This document shows positions 22,263 to 24,000 of a DNA stretch of 24,000 nucleotides, piece after piece. The DNA is from Ruminococcus turbiniformis (lineage in GTDB: Bacteria > Bacillota > Clostridia > Lachnospirales > Lachnospiraceae): assembly GCF_020687545.1 (NCBI RefSeq), contig NZ_JAJEQX010000017.1, positions 33,023-57,022 on the forward strand. The letters run 5' to 3'. The notes beneath the pieces were generated by a model. It saw only the letters and a list, made by a program, of their open reading frames with translations. It did not search any database and was not told where the DNA came from. Numbering within the stretch: the stretch's first letter is position 1; each line of letters starts with the position of its first letter. Made by a program: the position numbers and the translations under genes.

Positions 22263-24000
22263 ATGAAACATCTTGTCATTGCCGAAAAACCGTCCGTTGC
22301 CCGCGATATTGCCCGGGTTCTCGGATGCACAAAGAAAACAAACTCTTATATGGAAGGAAAAGACTACATCGTCACCTGGGCCCTTGGCCACCTTGTCACG
22401 CTGGCGGACCCGGAACAGTACGGAGAACAGTATAAGACATGGAGCATGGATACGCTTCCCATGATTCCAAAACATTGGAAACTGGAAGTCATCCGCCAGA
22501 CGTCGCGCCAGTATCACTCCGTAAAAGAGCAGATTTTCCGAAAAGACGTGTCTGACATTATCATCGCCACCGACGCGGGAAGAGAGGGCGAGCTGGTCGC
22601 CAGATGGATTCTGGAAAAAGCCGGAAACGAAAAGCCATTAAAGCGGCTCTGGATCTCCTCCGTTACCGACCGGGCGATCCGGGAAGGCTTCGCACACCTG
22701 AAACCGGGAAAAGACTATGACAATCTGTACCACGCTGCCGTGGCGCGCGCTGAGTCGGACTGGGTTGTGGGAATCAACGCCACACGGGCCCTGACATGCA
22801 AATACAACGCCCAGCTCTCCTGCGGCCGGGTACAGACGCCCACCCTCGCCATGATCGCAGCAAGGGAGGAAGAAATCCGAAAATTCGTCCCGAAACCCTA
22901 TTACGGACTGAAAGCTTCGGCGGGAGGCGTCTCTTTTGCCTGGACAGACGCATCCTCCGGCTCCGGACGCACCTTTGACCGCAGAAGAATTGAGAATATC
23001 CGCCGCTCTGCCGGAAAAGAACTCTGCGTCACCGAAGTGACAAAGAAGGCGAAAAAGAGTTTCTCTCCTGCCCTGTACGATCTGACTGCTCTTCAGAAAG
23101 ACGCAAGCTCAAAATACGGCTTCTCCGCCAAAACGACGCTGAACCTGATGCAGCGCCTTTATGAAACCCACAAGGTGCTGACATATCCCCGCACGGACTC
23201 CCGCTATCTCACCGACGACATGGTGGGAACTCTGAAAGAGCGGCTGAACGCCTGTGCCGTCGGCCCCTGGCGCAAAACGGCTGCCAGACTTGCCATGCAG
23301 CCCATCCGCGCGGACAAATCTTTCGTCAACAATGCGAAAGTCTCCGACCACCACGCCATCATACCGACAGAGCAGTTCGTACGTCTGGAGGATATGAGCA
23401 GTGACGAGAGAAAGATCTACGAGATGGTTGTGCGCCGTTTTCTTGCTGTGCTCTCCCCGGCCTGCGAGTATGAAGAGACCTCTGCGACCGGAAAAATCGG
23501 AGATGAGATTTTCCGCGCAAAAGGAAATGTCATGCTGCACCCCGGCTGGCAGGAAGTATACGGAGAAGGCTGGCAGGATCTGGGCGGGGAAGAGGAGGAT
23601 GACGACAGCGACTTCTCAGGGCCAGCCGCGGTTGCCGGGCTGGCTGCCGGCCCAGGACTGTCTGCCGGTTCTGGAACAGTTGCCGGTTCCGGAATGGCTG
23701 CACTTTCTCATCTGAAAAAAGGGGACCGTATTCCGGTCTCGGCCCTGACAGTCACAGAAGGAAAGACAAAGCCGCCTGCGTATTTCACGGAAGGAACCCT
23801 TGTCGCGGCTATGGAAAACCCGGTCCGGTATATGGAGCACCGGGACAGAACGCTGGAGCGCACCTTAGGCGAAACCGGAGGGCTCGGGACAGTGGCCACC
23901 CGCGCGGACATTATCGAAAAGCTGTTCAACAGTTTTCTCATGGAAAAGAAAGGCAGTGAAATCCACATCACATCCAAAGGAAAACAGCTTCTCTCCCTTG
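22263..24000 (+). CDS. topB: DNA topoisomerase III (type IA), 5' partial; continues past the right edge
   Basis: It is absent from the ORF track because it has no stop in the window. The frame reads MKHLVIAEKPSVARDIARVLG...DYIVTWALGHLV (Toprim), IIIATDAGREGELVARWI, ESDWVVGINATRALT, GRVQTPTLAMI, and the active-site Tyr context LTYPRTDSRYL (about 23190-23220). The SD AGGAG lies upstream of the ATG at 22263. Confidence 0.9.
   Translation, partial: MKHLVIAEKPSVARDIARVLGCTKKTNSYMEGKDYIVTWALGHLVTLADPEQYGEQYKTWSMDTLPMIPKHWKLEVIRQTSRQYHSVKEQIFRKDVSDIIIATDAGREGELVARWILEKAGNEKPLKRLWISSVTDRAIREGFAHLKPGKDYDNLYHAAVARAESDWVVGINATRALTCKYNAQLSCGRVQTPTLAMIAAREEEIRKFVPKPYYGLKASAGGVSFAWTDASSGSGRTFDRRRIENIRRSAGKELCVTEVTKKAKKSFSPALYDLTALQKDASSKYGFSAKTTLNLMQRLYETHKVLTYPRTDSRYLTDDMVGTLKERLNACAVGPWRKTAARLAMQPIRADKSFVNNAKVSDHHAIIPTEQFVRLEDMSSDERKIYEMVVRRFLAVLSPACEYEETSATGKIGDEIFRAKGNVMLHPGWQEVYGEGWQDLGGEEEDDDSDFSGPAAVAGLAAGPGLSAGSGTVAGSGMAALSHLKKGDRIPVSALTVTEGKTKPPAYFTEGTLVAAMENPVRYMEHRDRTLERTLGETGGLGTVATRADIIEKLFNSFLMEKKGSEIHITSKGKQLLSL

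Noticed and set aside
21821-22517. Minus-strand ORFs 21821-22330 (169 aa) and 22215-22517 (100 aa) bridging yitT and topB
   Set aside because: They are antisense to well-supported yitT and topB coding sequence, with no SD and no recognisable domains.

Overview
The window looks like a chromosomal segment from a Firmicutes/Clostridia genome, possibly Lachnospiraceae, though that guess rests only on gene content and composition. Coding density is high and nearly all genes are on the minus strand. Most are recognisable housekeeping genes. Left to right they are: a GT2 glycosyltransferase fragment, a small membrane ORF, fucO, a TetR regulator, an HtrA protease, a small accessory islet (secreted protein, XRE regulator, 84-aa peptide-like protein), ppdK, an M18 aminopeptidase, an AT-rich IS200-like Y1 (HUH) transposase element, the conserved glyQS-recO-yqzL-era block, an M16C peptidase, a ydbT/ydbS-like PH-domain membrane pair, a divergent enolase-like gene, yitT and the 5' part of topB. 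I found no rRNA, tRNA, CRISPR array, recognisable defence system or complete biosynthetic cluster. Three things seem most worth a second look. (1) An enolase paralogue has nearly all catalytic and metal-binding motifs substituted, and it sits directly upstream of the ydbS/ydbT-like pair. (2) The Y1 transposase has long structured inverted ends and fills the whole glyQS-aminopeptidase intergenic region, and a solitary 49-bp palindrome 3.5 kb away shares its GGGGACGTA core, which resembles a RAYT/REP arrangement. (3) An orphan 84-aa protein has a WxxPx(M/L)-type leader-like N-terminus and an internal GDGG repeat, and it lies next to a T-rich degenerate tandem repeat. All functional calls come from reading translations and motifs by eye. 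No database search was run.
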